Shown: positions 1 to 10,175 of the stretch, in pieces
How the letters are laid out: every line of letters begins with the position of its first letter
Numbering within the stretch: position 1 is the stretch's first letter
Origin: Malacoraja senta
Taxonomy: Eukaryota
DNA: 20,000 nt
Direction of reading: 5' to 3'
NCBI GenBank assembly: GCA_038087875.1
Contig: JAXLNO010000700.1
Coordinates: 107,078-127,077 of the forward strand
The notes under the pieces: generated by a model
The model's input: the letters and a program-made list of their open reading frames with translations, nothing else
Told to the model about the DNA's origin: nothing
Databases searched by the model: none
Position numbers and translations under genes: made by a program

Positions 1-400
1 TGCAGAGCCGTGTCTGGGCGGCGAGGCAGCAAAGTCTCCAGGGCACGGCTCACCCTGGATGAAGGTGGACAACGCCCTGGCGCCGGCGGCCCAGGCGGGC
101 ACGCGCCGTTCCCGTTGCCATGGACACGCGCAGGCCCGGGCCTCGGAGAACCCGCCCCGGCCTCATTCAGAGAGGGACTTTTCATTCGTTAAAAAACCAG
201 TGGATAGAAAAAAGAGACCGAATTTAAATTACGTCGCATTAAAACTAAAATACCGGATCATTTCGAAAGTAGACGGACGCATACATAAAGCGGCGGTGTG
301 CCTGTCAGAGTTAAGATGGGAGCAATTTTCTGCGGGAAGCCAAACGTGAGGAAGATGCCCCACGACCCCGAGGCCAGCAAGGGCCACGATGTCCGGATTA
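1..400 (-). promoter_or_regulatory. CpG-island-like promoter / probable first exon of a minus-strand gene leaving the window to the left
   Basis: GC- and CpG-rich against an AT-rich background; GC box CCCGCCCC at 151-158; X-box at 114-127; minus-strand donor-like CCAGG|GTGAGC at 54/53. Confidence 0.55.
114..127. promoter_or_regulatory. RFX X-box motif
   Basis: GTTGCCATGGACAC (minus strand GTGTCCATGGCAAC), 12/14 match to the palindromic consensus GTTGCCATGGCAAC, inside a CpG-rich region. Confidence 0.6.
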
Positions 401-403
401 AAG

Positions 404-1444
404 TAGCAATGTTACAAAATTTTGAGATTTAAAAAATAAAGTCTGCAATTTATCCCATCAGATAAAGCATAAAAAGAAGTTTAATTTGACACTTAATTCA
501 CTTTCATATCTTCAGTATTAAAAAAGTTATGGCCATTATCATACTCAGAAATTAGCATCTTGTTCCCCATTGCTTTTCCATTGACTTAACACAAAAGCTG
601 TGATCGAGGACAGTTAAAAGCCCATAACTTTCTTAAAAATTATGATGACTGAAAGAAATTTTCAGTTATTATAGATTGAAGCATTCTGAAACAAATATGA
701 AACAATCTTACTTCGAAGACATGAAAGTAAAGCATATAATTAGTTAGTTACCTAATTGTAGCTAATTACAAAATTCAATTACTAGATCTAAACATCTATC
801 AATTTCTTAAGAATAGATTAACATTTTTAAATAGCCTAAGTGTCCAAATAACATTCACACAATAATTCACAATATAACATAATTTTTAAATCTAATTTTC
901 ATGAATTTACAGGCCAAATGGAAGGAATTGAATGTTTAATACCTGTAAATTAATGGGCATTTAAATCATCTTGCGAGTGAGGATTTCTGGAACGCGATCT
1001 TTTGGAACGTTCATTTGCGGTGAATTTAACCCCGTATTGGCATGAAAAATACTGCCGTTAATTCGGGGAATAAAATCACCATGTCGCATGAAAAAATGTG
1101 AATTAAAGGCTTCTTAAGAAGCACTTTTATACATTTAAAGAAACCACTTTCGTTTACCTGTCCCGTGTGTGAAATCCGTCCCCGTTATCGGCGTTGACGC
1201 TTCAGGAGCTGCTTTTAAAATTACTCTAGCGCTGACATTGACGATTTAATAAAAATAAAAAATTCACAAAACGCCACTAGGAACGATTTGTCAGCCAACG
1301 CTTGTACTCCAACGAAATATTATTCAGGACAAGGGAGGAGAAACTGCGTTTTAACCCCGCCCCCCCCTTAAAGGCGCCAAAATCGCGCACACGGCCAGTG
1401 GCAGAATTACAGCGTGACTGAAGGTAAGTTTTGTAACATACCTA
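404..1444. mobile_element. Non-autonomous DNA transposon, 1041 bp, hAT-like (possibly hATw), copy 1
   Basis: Imperfect TIRs TAGCAATGTTACAAAA / TTTTGTAACATACCTA; TAG...CTA termini; 7-bp TSD ATTAAAG at 397-403 and 1445-1451; near-identical to 6910-7950; no ORF. Confidence 0.9.
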
Positions 1445-1807
1445 ATTAAAGGGTGTGCTGAAACAATCGGTGGTGGACCTGTAGTATCAGATTAGTATTA
1501 AATGTATTATGAAGCGAGTTCTATTCGCTGTCTTTGCATTTAGCAAGTGTTAACTTTTTAAACAGCTTTGTTTTTTGGAAAAATCCCACCGAGTGGTGCT
1601 GTGTACTTTCAAGCTTCTGGATCTTCTGCAGGACGGGAGCAGGGAGACAAGTCCATAAAACCACATTCACCAAACATATTCTGCAATGAGTGTTATAGAT
1701 TGAGAAGGGCCCATCTGCACGCTATGATTATTTTTCTCACCCTCGGCTGCTACTTGATGCCACTCTCAGCATTTCCTGCCATGGATAATATCCATGGAGA
1801 CACATCA

Positions 1808-2265
1808 TGGAACTCTAGATGCCGGGATCTTGAGGAAAACACAAAATGCCGAGGGAATGTCGAGGGGAAATGGACAGACGACGTTTCGGGTCAGGACCCT
1901 TCTTCAGACTCAGAGTTGGGGAAAGGAGAAAGCTGGTTAAGAGCTGGGGGTGGGGTAAAGGCTAGCAAGGTATACAGGTGAAGGAGAGGGATGATTGGCA
2001 GACAGGCTGAAGGGTCTGCAGGGAGAGAGGTATAAAAGGGAAACGAGGGACATGGGTATGGGAGATAAGTGCATGAAGGAGGGGGAAGGAACAGGGTGAC
2101 TGGGAGGGTGGGAGAAATTGTACACACCATCGGTGTGGACGGGAAAGAGAGGGGGTAGAAGTCTATTACTTGAAATTAGAGAATCCAGTGTTCATATTGT
2201 TGGGTTGTAAGATACCCAAGCGGAATATGAGGCGCTGTTTCTCCAGTTTGCATGTGGACTCGCAT
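1808..2265 (-). mobile_element. Penelope-like element 3' fragment (end of GIY-YIG region plus pLTR/3' tail)
   Basis: Reverse complement resembles 8872-9317 and 11870-12173 (KLEKQRLIFRLGILQPNNMN-like peptide, pyrimidine-rich UTR, CTGAAGAAGGGTCCTGACCCGAAACGTC). Confidence 0.85.
1880..1909 (-). ncRNA. Minimal hammerhead-ribozyme-like motif with intact core
   Basis: Minus strand GT-CTGAAGA-A-GGGTC-CT-GACCC-GAAA-CG-TC: CUGANGA box, stem II, GAAA box and UH site. Minimal hammerheads are an established feature of Penelope-like pLTRs. Stems I and III are very short. Confidence 0.6.
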
Positions 2266-2287
2266 CCATAGAGCTTCAAGCTCAAAA

Positions 2288-2410
2288 TGTACAAACAAGG
2301 GACTGCGGATGCTGGTTTACCAAAAAAGATAACATACTGGAGTAACTTGGTGGGTCAGGCAGCATCCCAAGAGAACATGGATAAGTAACTTCAGATTGGG
2401 TCTCCTTCAG
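2288..2410 (-). mobile_element. Degenerate Penelope-like 3' tail
   Basis: ACTGCGGATGCTGG...CTGGAGTAACT...GGGTCAGGCAGCATC matches the reverse complement of other tail copies. Confidence 0.7.
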
Positions 2411-2452
2411 GTATGTTATGCCTCAAGGTCAGTTGCTTTCAAATGTTTATCA

Positions 2453-2875
2453 TGCCCCATCTACACTAGTTTGGCCTATATGCCTCTAAACTTATCCTTT
2501 GAATGTACCGGTCTAAATGTTTCTTAAATGCTTTGATAGTACCAGTCTCAACTACCTCCTCCAGCAGCACGCTCCATATACCTACAACCTTATGTAATAA
2601 AGTTGCCCCTCAGGTTCCCATTAAATCTTTCCCCCGCACATTAAACCTACGTCCTCTGGTTCTTGATTCCCCTACGCCAGGTAAAAGACTGCATTTACCC
2701 AATCTATCTCTCTCATGATCTTATGCACCTCTATAAGATCACCACTTATCCTCCTGTGCTCCAAAGATAAAGTCCTAGCCTGCTCAACTTCTCCCTATAA
2801 CTCAGGACCTCGAGTCCTGTCAGCAACCTCCTAAATTGTTCTGCACCTTTTCCAGTTCAACAACAAATCTATGTG
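2453..2875 (-). mobile_element. CR1/HER1-like LINE 3' fragment
   Basis: Minus strand gives degenerate CR1 ORF2 C-terminal motifs (GDLIEVHKIMR, RTRG); similar to 18060-18510. Confidence 0.8.
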
Positions 2876-2982
2876 ACATAATTGTGCAAGGCCATCATCA
2901 TAATGCAAATCACATCCAACCCTGGTTCATACCTTCAAGGTCATCTCCTTCTCCTATTTTCCAATCATGTGGTGCAGATTCA

Positions 2983-3189
2983 GTGTGCAGGAAGGAACCA
3001 GATATTGGTTTACACCAAAGATAGACACAAAATGCTGGAGTAAATCAGAACAGGCAGCATCTCGGGATAGAGGAATGGGTGACGTTTTGGGTCTAGACTG
3101 AAAAAGGGTCTCAACCTGAAATGTCACCCACTCCTATCCAGAGATGCTGCCTGTTCTGCTGAGTTATTCCAGCATTTTGTGACTACCTT
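2983..3189. mobile_element. Palindromic head-to-head pair of Penelope-like 3' tails
   Basis: CACAAAATGCTGGAGTAA...CAGGCAGCATCTC...GGGTGACGTTTTGGGT mirrored by ATGTCACCC...GAGATGCTGCCTG...TTATTCCAGCATTTTGTG; axis near 3093. Confidence 0.8.
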
Positions 3190-3595
3190 AGGTGCAGATT
3201 CAGACCAGGTTTCCTCCCACCCACTGTTCCCATCATACCTTCTAGCACTTGAAGGGAAACAAGCTCCTTGAGAAAACTAGTTGTAATTATATCCTTGCAA
3301 TTGACCAGGTTTAACTATGTTTTACCTCTATACTTAAATATTTGTACATTGGCACTTAGGACGGGCACTTTGTGTGAACTACCAACATCAATACAACACT
3401 TTGTAATACAAAGCTGTTCTCCGAATTGCACGTACTTATGATCTGTTAAACATTATTTACTCAAAATAAATAATGCAGCAACCACAATTATATGCTTCTA
3501 AACCGTTTACTTATAAATATTATTTTCACCACCAGTTTACTCTTCAAAAGCCTTCTCAAACAACATATGAACATAAAGTAATTTCACCTAGCCCC

Positions 3596-3696
3596 AGTCT
3601 GAAGAAGGGTCTCGACCCAAAACGCCACCCATTCCTTCTCTCCAGAGATGCTGCCTATCCCGCTGAGTTACTCCAGCTTTTTGTGTCGATCTTCAG
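3596..3696 (+). mobile_element. Short Penelope-like 3' tail starting at the hammerhead-like motif
   Basis: CAGTCTGAAGAAGGGTCTCGACCCAAAACGCC...GATGCTGCC...GCTGAGTTACTCCAGC, homologous to 12078-12173. Confidence 0.85.
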
Positions 3697-4327
3697 CCTA
3701 CTGAATCCTTTCCAATTTATTTGCCTCGCTATGAGTGGTTGTGCTCTCACCAGCTTGAGCTTTGGAATTCCCTGTTTAAATGCCCATGCCTCCCGACCTC
3801 CCCTTTCTATTTTAAGGTGGTTTAAAAATCTTGTCTGACCATTTTTCAGTTTCCGCCTTACATTTCTACAGGTACATTTCTTCTTATTTTGAATAAGGTT
3901 GGATTAATTACTCCTGAAATGCCTTAAGGAGTTCAAATATGTCATGGATGTCAAATATGTAGGTAGTTGTTGTTATTGCTCATGGACTGATTGGGAATTG
4001 TTTTAGAAGGAAGCATATCAGCGAGGAAATGTTCAGCATAAAGTCCTATGAGATTATTGAACACCCCCCCCAGTGGTATATTGGAGGTTGTGCAAAGGTC
4101 TTTTCTTAGAATCTTAGGATCAAGGTTGACTTTTATCTGCTAAAGTGAGGAGCAGAAGATACCAGAAAGTGATTTTGTTTTTGTAATGTTGGGTGAATGT
4201 TGCACACCAGTGCCTTGATCCAACACCAAGGAGTTCCAGACACAGCTGTGCATAACTAAACTCGAACACACACATGCACACACCCTCTAATCATGCAGTT
4301 GTCAATGTACACTCCAACCCTCTTCTT

Positions 4328-4575
4328 CATTCAATAGACAATAGGTGCAGGAGAAGGCCATTCGGCTGTTCGAGCCAGCACCGCGCTGATCATCCACAAT
4401 CAGTACCCCGTTCCTGCCTTCTCCCTATATCCCTTGACTCCGCTATCTTTAAGAATATCTAACTTGAAAGCATCCAGAGAACTGGCCTCCACTGCCTTCT
4501 GAGGCAAATTCCACAGATTCACAACTCTGTGGGTGAAAACGTTTTTCCTCATCTCCGTTCTAAATGGCCTACCTC
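4328..4575 (-). mobile_element. CR1-like LINE 3' end (different subfamily)
   Basis: AGGCCATTCGGC tail hairpin motif; minus strand encodes the CR1 C-terminal motif FFTHRVVNLWNL. Confidence 0.75.
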
Positions 4576-4584
4576 ATCTTGATC

Positions 4585-4915
4585 TCCTTCCCTCAATCTC
4601 TTAACTTCTCTTTTTTTTAAATTCCCCCATTTCTAGTTTACACTGTCAACTACATCCATTTTTCTCATCAATCCCCGTTTCACCACTTCTCCCACAAACT
4701 ACCAACCTCCCCTCCCCTCATTAACACGTGCTTTACAACTCTCCCACAAATTCCCTTCCTCTCCTTCCCTTCATCAACCAGTTTCACTACCTCTCTGACA
4801 AACTCCATGCCATCACTTCTCCTCTATCTACCACATTGCTCACCTCCTCTTCTCCAGTCAGCCCTCTAATTATTCTTCCCATTCATTCTTTCTTGTTCTT
4901 GCACTATCCATACTT
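4585..4915. repeat. Pyrimidine-rich low-complexity tract
   Basis: Strong C/T bias, few G, no clear period. Confidence 0.5.
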
Positions 4916-5387
4916 TCAACAAACTCAACCAGAAAAGGTGGCAAGTGGTGAACCCAATTAAATCCAAAATGGTGATTGCAATTAGAATGTTCTATGGCAC
5001 ATTTCTGTCAAGGAGAACTGACTAAGGAACAGCATCTTGACTCTACACTTACCCCACTGACAAAATACCTAGAAAGAGCACAAACTAAGTGCCACAAGTT
5101 GTATGGTCTCACTATTATGAGAATATTCACATAATTCCCATTCTCACTTCCATGAAACATGATATTGCAGTAAAAGAGGATTTTCAATGATTACTTCTGT
5201 AGTACGATCATTTTTGTTGTAAAGGCAAACATGACAGCCATAAGCAGGTTCCAATGGCAGAACAAAAATATAAAACATCAGTTAATTTGTTTTGGATGCA
5301 TTGCTAAGATTGAGAATAAAAAAACTAGACTCTAGGGGAAATTTTGGCCAAGGTTAATATCATAGGAAAAAATAGATGGGTAAATAC

Positions 5388-5731
5388 CTGAAAGATTTCA
5401 TATCTCAAAATGAAATCCTTTTGTAGTAATGCCCTTAGTATCAGATTAGATTCTGTTTTCATTTCCTGGTGTGGGAATTGTGTCCACAAACAAGAAATTA
5501 AAATAGAAGCAATCCTTACAGCTGACCATCCGTTACAAAAGCACTTGGCTTCATTCCAAACAGCAGGAAATGTTGTTAATTTATAACTATTCTGGCTCAC
5601 AAGGTTAACTAACTGTGACCCGATCTCCACTCCGAACCTCTGGGTTGTTAGTGATTCTTTCTGATTATTATTTAAGGCATCATTGTTGGATGTATGCCTA
5701 TTTTGGGTGGATGATGTGTTGAAAATGTACC
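5388..5731 (-). CDS. Candidate internal coding exon of an unidentified gene
   Basis: Stop-free minus frame from 5747 to 5328 (~140 codons) in AT-rich non-repeat DNA; bounded by CACCAG| acceptor (weak pyrimidine tract) and CAG|GTATTT donor; peptide YIFNTSSTQ...KDFILRYEIFQ not recognised. Confidence 0.3.
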
Positions 5732-5842
5732 CTGGTGCAATAATTAATTACGTCTTCAACCTTATTACTAAATCTGTGCAGACAAAGTCATACTAGTTTT
5801 CAATGTCTTTAGCAGAAATATGGCACAGCTTTGAACGAGTCA

Positions 5843-6170
5843 TAGCCCTGTCCCATGGTACGAGTTCATTCCAAGAGCTCTCCCGAGTTAAAAAAAAATC
5901 AAACTCGTGGTAAGCACGGAGAATGAACATAGAGGGTAGGTCGGAGCTCGGGGACGTCTTTTAGCGGCTCGTAACGCTAACGGCAGGTACTCGGGAAGAC
6001 TCGCTAACGGCAGGTAAGCATGGGAAGACTCGTGAAGATTTTGCAACGTTGAAAAATGTCCACGAGAGCCCCGAGTACCGACAAGTGGCCATTACCGTAA
6101 ATCTCCGAGTTTGAATTAGGGCAAACTCGGGAGAGCTCTTGGAATGAACTCGTACCGTGGGACAGGGCTA
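5843..6170. mobile_element. PIF/Harbinger-like MITE, 328 bp
   Basis: ~47-bp TIR TAGCCCTGTCCCA(T/C)GGTACGAGTTCATTCCAAGAGCTCTCCCGAGTT with one mismatch; flanking trinucleotides TCA/TTA; internal homology to 16411-16703. Confidence 0.85.
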
Positions 6171-6500
6171 TTACTCCCATGGACTTCAAGGAGGTGAACT
6201 AGCATGCCGTAATGCTTGGTGTGCGTGCCCAACATAATTTTACATATTGTCTTTGAGTGTCTTTGAAATACTTTGTGAATACACCGTTAAAAAAGACTGC
6301 TGAATGATAGAGGTTTCCTAAATGTGTAGTATGAATTTTACTTTAAGTCCTGATAGAACTCATTCTTTTCAACGGACATACCTTTATGCCAACTTTCTCT
6401 TAAGCCAATTCTCACGGTTAACTCACAATAGTTTGCCTGAGAGGGAGAGAGAGATAAAGCCATCACCCGCCACATTTTATCTGTCAACATGAGTGCCCTG

Positions 6501-6578
6501 TTAAGGTTTATTATTGTCACGTGTACCGAGGTAGTGTGTAAAGATTGGTTTTGCATGCTATCCAATCAAATCAGATGT
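6501..6578 (-). mobile_element. Rex1/Babar-type 3' tail fragment
   Basis: AGGTTTATTATTGTCACGTG is the reverse complement of the tail at ~15765-15785. Confidence 0.6.
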
Positions 6579-6786
6579 TATATCAGCTCTGAACAATCCT
6601 GTCAATCATTGTCTGAAATTAATTCTTGGAACTACTGATTTATATTAGACCAAATGCTACCGGCATAGCTGTGAGCATAAACAGAACAAGGAATGGTGGC
6701 AGTCGTTGGAGGGGGGTGGGGGTGATGGTGATCAGGGTGTAGCTGAAATTACAGGGATCCTGTCCCTGGTTTACAAAAAAAGTTTA

Positions 6787-6877
6787 ATGATGGGTCCTGA
6801 CCCGAAACGTCACCTATCCATATTCTCTAGAGATGCTGCCTGATCTGCTGAGTTACTCCAGCACTGTGTGTCTATAC
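6787..6877 (+). mobile_element. Short Penelope-like 3' tail
   Basis: GGGTCCTGACCCGAAACGTCACC...GATGCTGCC...GCTGAGTTACTCCAGC. Confidence 0.8.
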
Positions 6878-6909
6878 TTCTACCTAATGTTCAATTACTC
6901 GAGAATATT

Positions 6910-7950
6910 TAGCAATGTTACAAAATTTTGAGATTTTAAAAATAAAGTCTGCAACTTATCCCATCAGATAAAGCATAAAAAGAAGTTTAATTTGACACTT
7001 AATTCACTTTCATATCTTCAGTATTAAAAAGGTTATGGCCATTATCATACTCAGAAATTAGCATCTAGTTCCCTATTGCTTTTCCATTGACTTAACACAA
7101 AAGCTGTGATCAAGGACAGTTAAAAGCCCATAACTTTCTTAAAAATTATGATAACTGAAAGAAATTTTCAGTTATTATAGATTGAAGCATTCTGAAACAA
7201 ATATGAAACAATCTTACTTCGAAGACATGAAAGTAAAGCATATAATTAGTTAGCTACCTAATTGTAGCTAATTACAAAATTCAATTACTAGATCTAAACA
7301 TCTATCAATTTCTTAAGAATAGATTAACATTTTTAAATAGCCTAAGTGTCCAAATAACATTCACACAATAATTCACAATATAACATAATCTTTAAATCTA
7401 ATTTTCATGAATTTACAGGCCAAATGGAAGGAATTGAATGTTTAATACCTGTAAAATAATGGGGATTTAAATCATCTTGTGAGTGAGGATTTCTGGAAAG
7501 CGATCTTTTGGAACGTTCATTTGCGGTGAATTTAACCCCGTATTGGCATGAAAAATACTGCCGTTAATTCGGGGAATAAAATCACCGTGTCGCATGAAAA
7601 ATTGTGAATTAAAGGCTTCTTAAGAAGCATTTTTATACATTTAAAGAAACCACTTTCGTTTACCTGTCCCGTGTGTGAAATCCGTCCCCGTTATCGGCGT
7701 TGACGCTTCAGGAGCTGATTTTAAAATTACTCTAGCGCTGACATTGACGATTTAATAAAAATAAAAAATACACAAATCGCCACTAGGAACTATTTGTCAG
7801 CCAACGCTTGTACTCCAACAAAATATTAACCAGGACAAGGGAGGAGAAACCCGCGTTTTAACCCCGCCCCCCCTTAAAGGCGCCAAAATCGCGCACACGG
7901 CCAGTGGCAGAATTACAGCGCGACTGAAGGTAAGTTTTGTAACATACCTA
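6910..7950. mobile_element. Non-autonomous DNA transposon, 1041 bp, hAT-like (possibly hATw), copy 2
   Basis: Same TIRs, length and orientation as 404-1444; own 7-bp TSD GAATATT at 6903-6909 and 7951-7957; about 25-30 differences from copy 1 by manual comparison. Confidence 0.9.
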
Positions 7951-8002
7951 GAATATTGCTTGGAAAAAGAATGCTGTGTCAAAGGGAGATAAGGGACTGA
8001 TG

Positions 8003-8115
8003 TATTTTGTGTCTATCAAACTCGCTGAGTTATTCCAGCATTATTTGTCTATCAATTTTTTCCCCCCCAAAGATGCTGTATGACCCACTGAGTTACTCCA
8101 ACATTTTGTATCTAT
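8003..8115 (+). repeat. Tandem remnants of the Penelope-like tail end
   Basis: Two CTGAGTTA(T/C)TCCA..ATT..TGT..CTAT units. Confidence 0.55.
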
Positions 8116-8198
8116 TATCGGAGATAAGGGATAGTTGTGTTCTTTGTTTCACTAAAATATGGCTCATCCCTGAAGCATCTGATCTTGCTACACAACCT
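8116..8198 (+). mobile_element. Rex1/Babar-like LINE APE-domain remnant
   Basis: Peptide EIRDSCVLCFTKIWL...DLATQP resembles the APE motif 'RDCCVLCFTETWL'. Confidence 0.55.
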
Positions 8199-8799
8199 TG
8201 CTCAACACCTCCGGGCTGCGGGACTGCGGAGCGACCAGCCGCGGGCGGCGGGGCCGACTCCAACATCGGGAGCCTCTGAGCTCCAAATCGGTGCGGCCTG
8301 GTTGGCTTCAGGTGCCACGGACTCCAATAGATCAGCCGTCCCAGCCGCTGCGAGGACTCTCCCGACGCCGGGACAACTGCACCCGGCGAGAACGGCCAGG
8401 AACATCGGGCCGCCATAGAGGCAACTGTGGAGGCCTCAATATGCCATCTTTGGGAGAACTGGGGTTGGGGACTGGACATTGTGCCTCCCCCCACAGTGGT
8501 AATCATTGTGGGGGAATGATTTTTGTGTGTAAATGTTAATTGATTGTTTTACTTTGTGTCCAAGATGGCTGCCGGAAGGGGGAGTGGACGCTGGCGCGTA
8601 TTAGCAGCCGCTGCTCTCTCTTCCATACTGTGTTTTTGATTTTTGTGTTCGGATTGAATACTGTTTTTAATTTGTGTACTTGTGATGTCTTTACTATTAA
8701 TTTCATTCCGCTTACATGTTTCTACTGTAAAATCTGTAAGGTGTCCTTGAGATTTGAAAGGCGCCCATAAATAAAATGTATTATTATTATTATTATTAT
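8199..8799 (+). mobile_element. GC-rich non-LTR (SINE-like or LINE 3') element with (TAT)n tail
   Basis: Ends AAGGTGTCCTTGAG...GAAAGGCGCCCATAAATAAAATG(TAT)n, a typical non-LTR 3' terminus; family not determined. Confidence 0.6.
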
Positions 8800-8871
8800 A
8801 ACCTAACTTTAGGAATGTATATCCCCAATACCATCTGCATGTCACCTGCCCCACGCACTGACGTCTGGACT

Positions 8872-9317
8872 TCTATTGACCTTTCTGTCCTGGGCCTCCT
8901 CCACTGTCAGAGTGAGGCCCAACGCAAATTGGAGGAACAGCACCTCATATTTCGCTTGGGCAGCTTACAACCCAGCGGCATGAATATTGACTTCTTTAAC
9001 TACAACTAACCCTTACTTTCCCCTCTCTCCATCCCTCTCCATCCTAGTTCTCCGACTGATTTGACTGTCCGCCTGATTAAATTTTACTGATTGCATGCCT
9101 CGTTGTCACCTTCCCATCTGCTAACAATGATCTCTTCTACATTTCCCTTGAACTTCATCCCCTTTGATCTCTAATTTTCACACCTTACCCTTCCATACCC
9201 TTATGTCTCCCTCTCCCCTGACTCAGTCCGAAGAAGGGTCTTGACCCGAACGTCATCCATTCCTTCTCTCCAGAGATGCTGCCTGTCCCACTGAGTTACT
9301 CCTGCATTTTGTCTCTA
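8872..9317 (+). mobile_element. Penelope-like element 3' fragment (GIY-YIG C-terminus plus pLTR)
   Basis: Peptide DLSVLGLLHCQSEAQRKLEEQHLIFRLGSLQPSGMNIDF homologous to the end of the 10513 ORF; followed by pyrimidine-rich UTR and degenerate hammerhead-like motif at ~9225-9255. Confidence 0.9.
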
Positions 9318-9988
9318 CAGGGGCTGAAAACCCGGGGGGGGGCCATGTCCCCTCCATGTTTTGAGAGGTGGGGGACATCCCCCCCAAGGTTTTGTAATCC
9401 GGATTTTAAAATCCGGTGATCGAGGGCGCCGATTGGAGGAGAGAGACGTCGGTCAGCAGGCAATGGGGGCGTGACATGATTCAGCGCGATGATTGGAGGA
9501 GGGAGGAGTGGGGAGGGGGGACTGAGGATAGAGCGCGGTGATTGGAGGAGGGAGACGTGGCACAGACCTGCGCTTCATCTGCAGGCAGGATCGATCCCGG
9601 CCGGGTCTCCGGCGCTGTCCCGAGTGCCCCCCCCCCCCCCCAGAGAGGTCGGCAGCAAAGATCATCCGCTATAGGATCTTTGGTCGGCAGTCAGACGGGC
9701 CAGCGCAGAGAAACAGCGCTAAACCCAGCTAACTCTGCCTGTCCCGCCAGGTGAGCTTACAACCCTTCCTGGACTTGCGGGAAATATGGCCAGCGTGGAG
9801 AAGTAGCGCTGGTGTCCCGTCAGCCCAGCCAGGGCTGTAGTTAACCCGGTGAGACAGGCAGTTGAGCGGCATTTAGCACTGGATTGAGCCTCCGAAGCCT
9901 CGCGCGCGTGTGTGTGAGTGTGCGCATGGCCGCCAAAAAAATTGTGTCCCCCGTCCCCTCCATGTTTTGATAGCGAGTTCCGCTCTTA
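9318..9988. mobile_element. Probable non-autonomous DNA transposon (GC-rich, degenerate TIRs)
   Basis: Ends CAGGGGCTGAAAAC / GAGTTCCGCTCTTA are loosely inverted; GTCCCCTCCATGTTTTGA occurs near both ends; three internal GATTGGAGGAG repeats; no TSD seen. Confidence 0.5.
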
Positions 9989-10175
9989 GGCACTTGAAGA
10001 AAAAATTATCTACAGGCAATGTTGAAAGAGCAGTGGTGGTTTCATACCGACTGAATTGCGTGTGAAGTGCCAATGGATTGGACCTAAAGACTTCCTCCTG
10101 TGCTGTAACGATTCTACAATGTAAGAGCAGCATTTAATAGTATCGGATATTAAAAACTGGACATGCGTTTAGATT

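Noticed and set aside
1568..1981. 137-aa plus-strand ORF
   Set aside because: Non-ATG start, runs into an antisense Penelope tail, no recognisable domain.
404..7950. Composite transposon or LTR pair formed by the two 1041-bp direct repeats
   Set aside because: Each copy has its own TSD, the outer flanks do not match, and there are no TG...CA ends or gag/pol sequence between them.
8007..9754. Cluster of overlapping 60-137-aa ORFs
   Set aside because: Explained by GC-rich repeat sequence; only the short APE and GIY-YIG remnants are recognisable.
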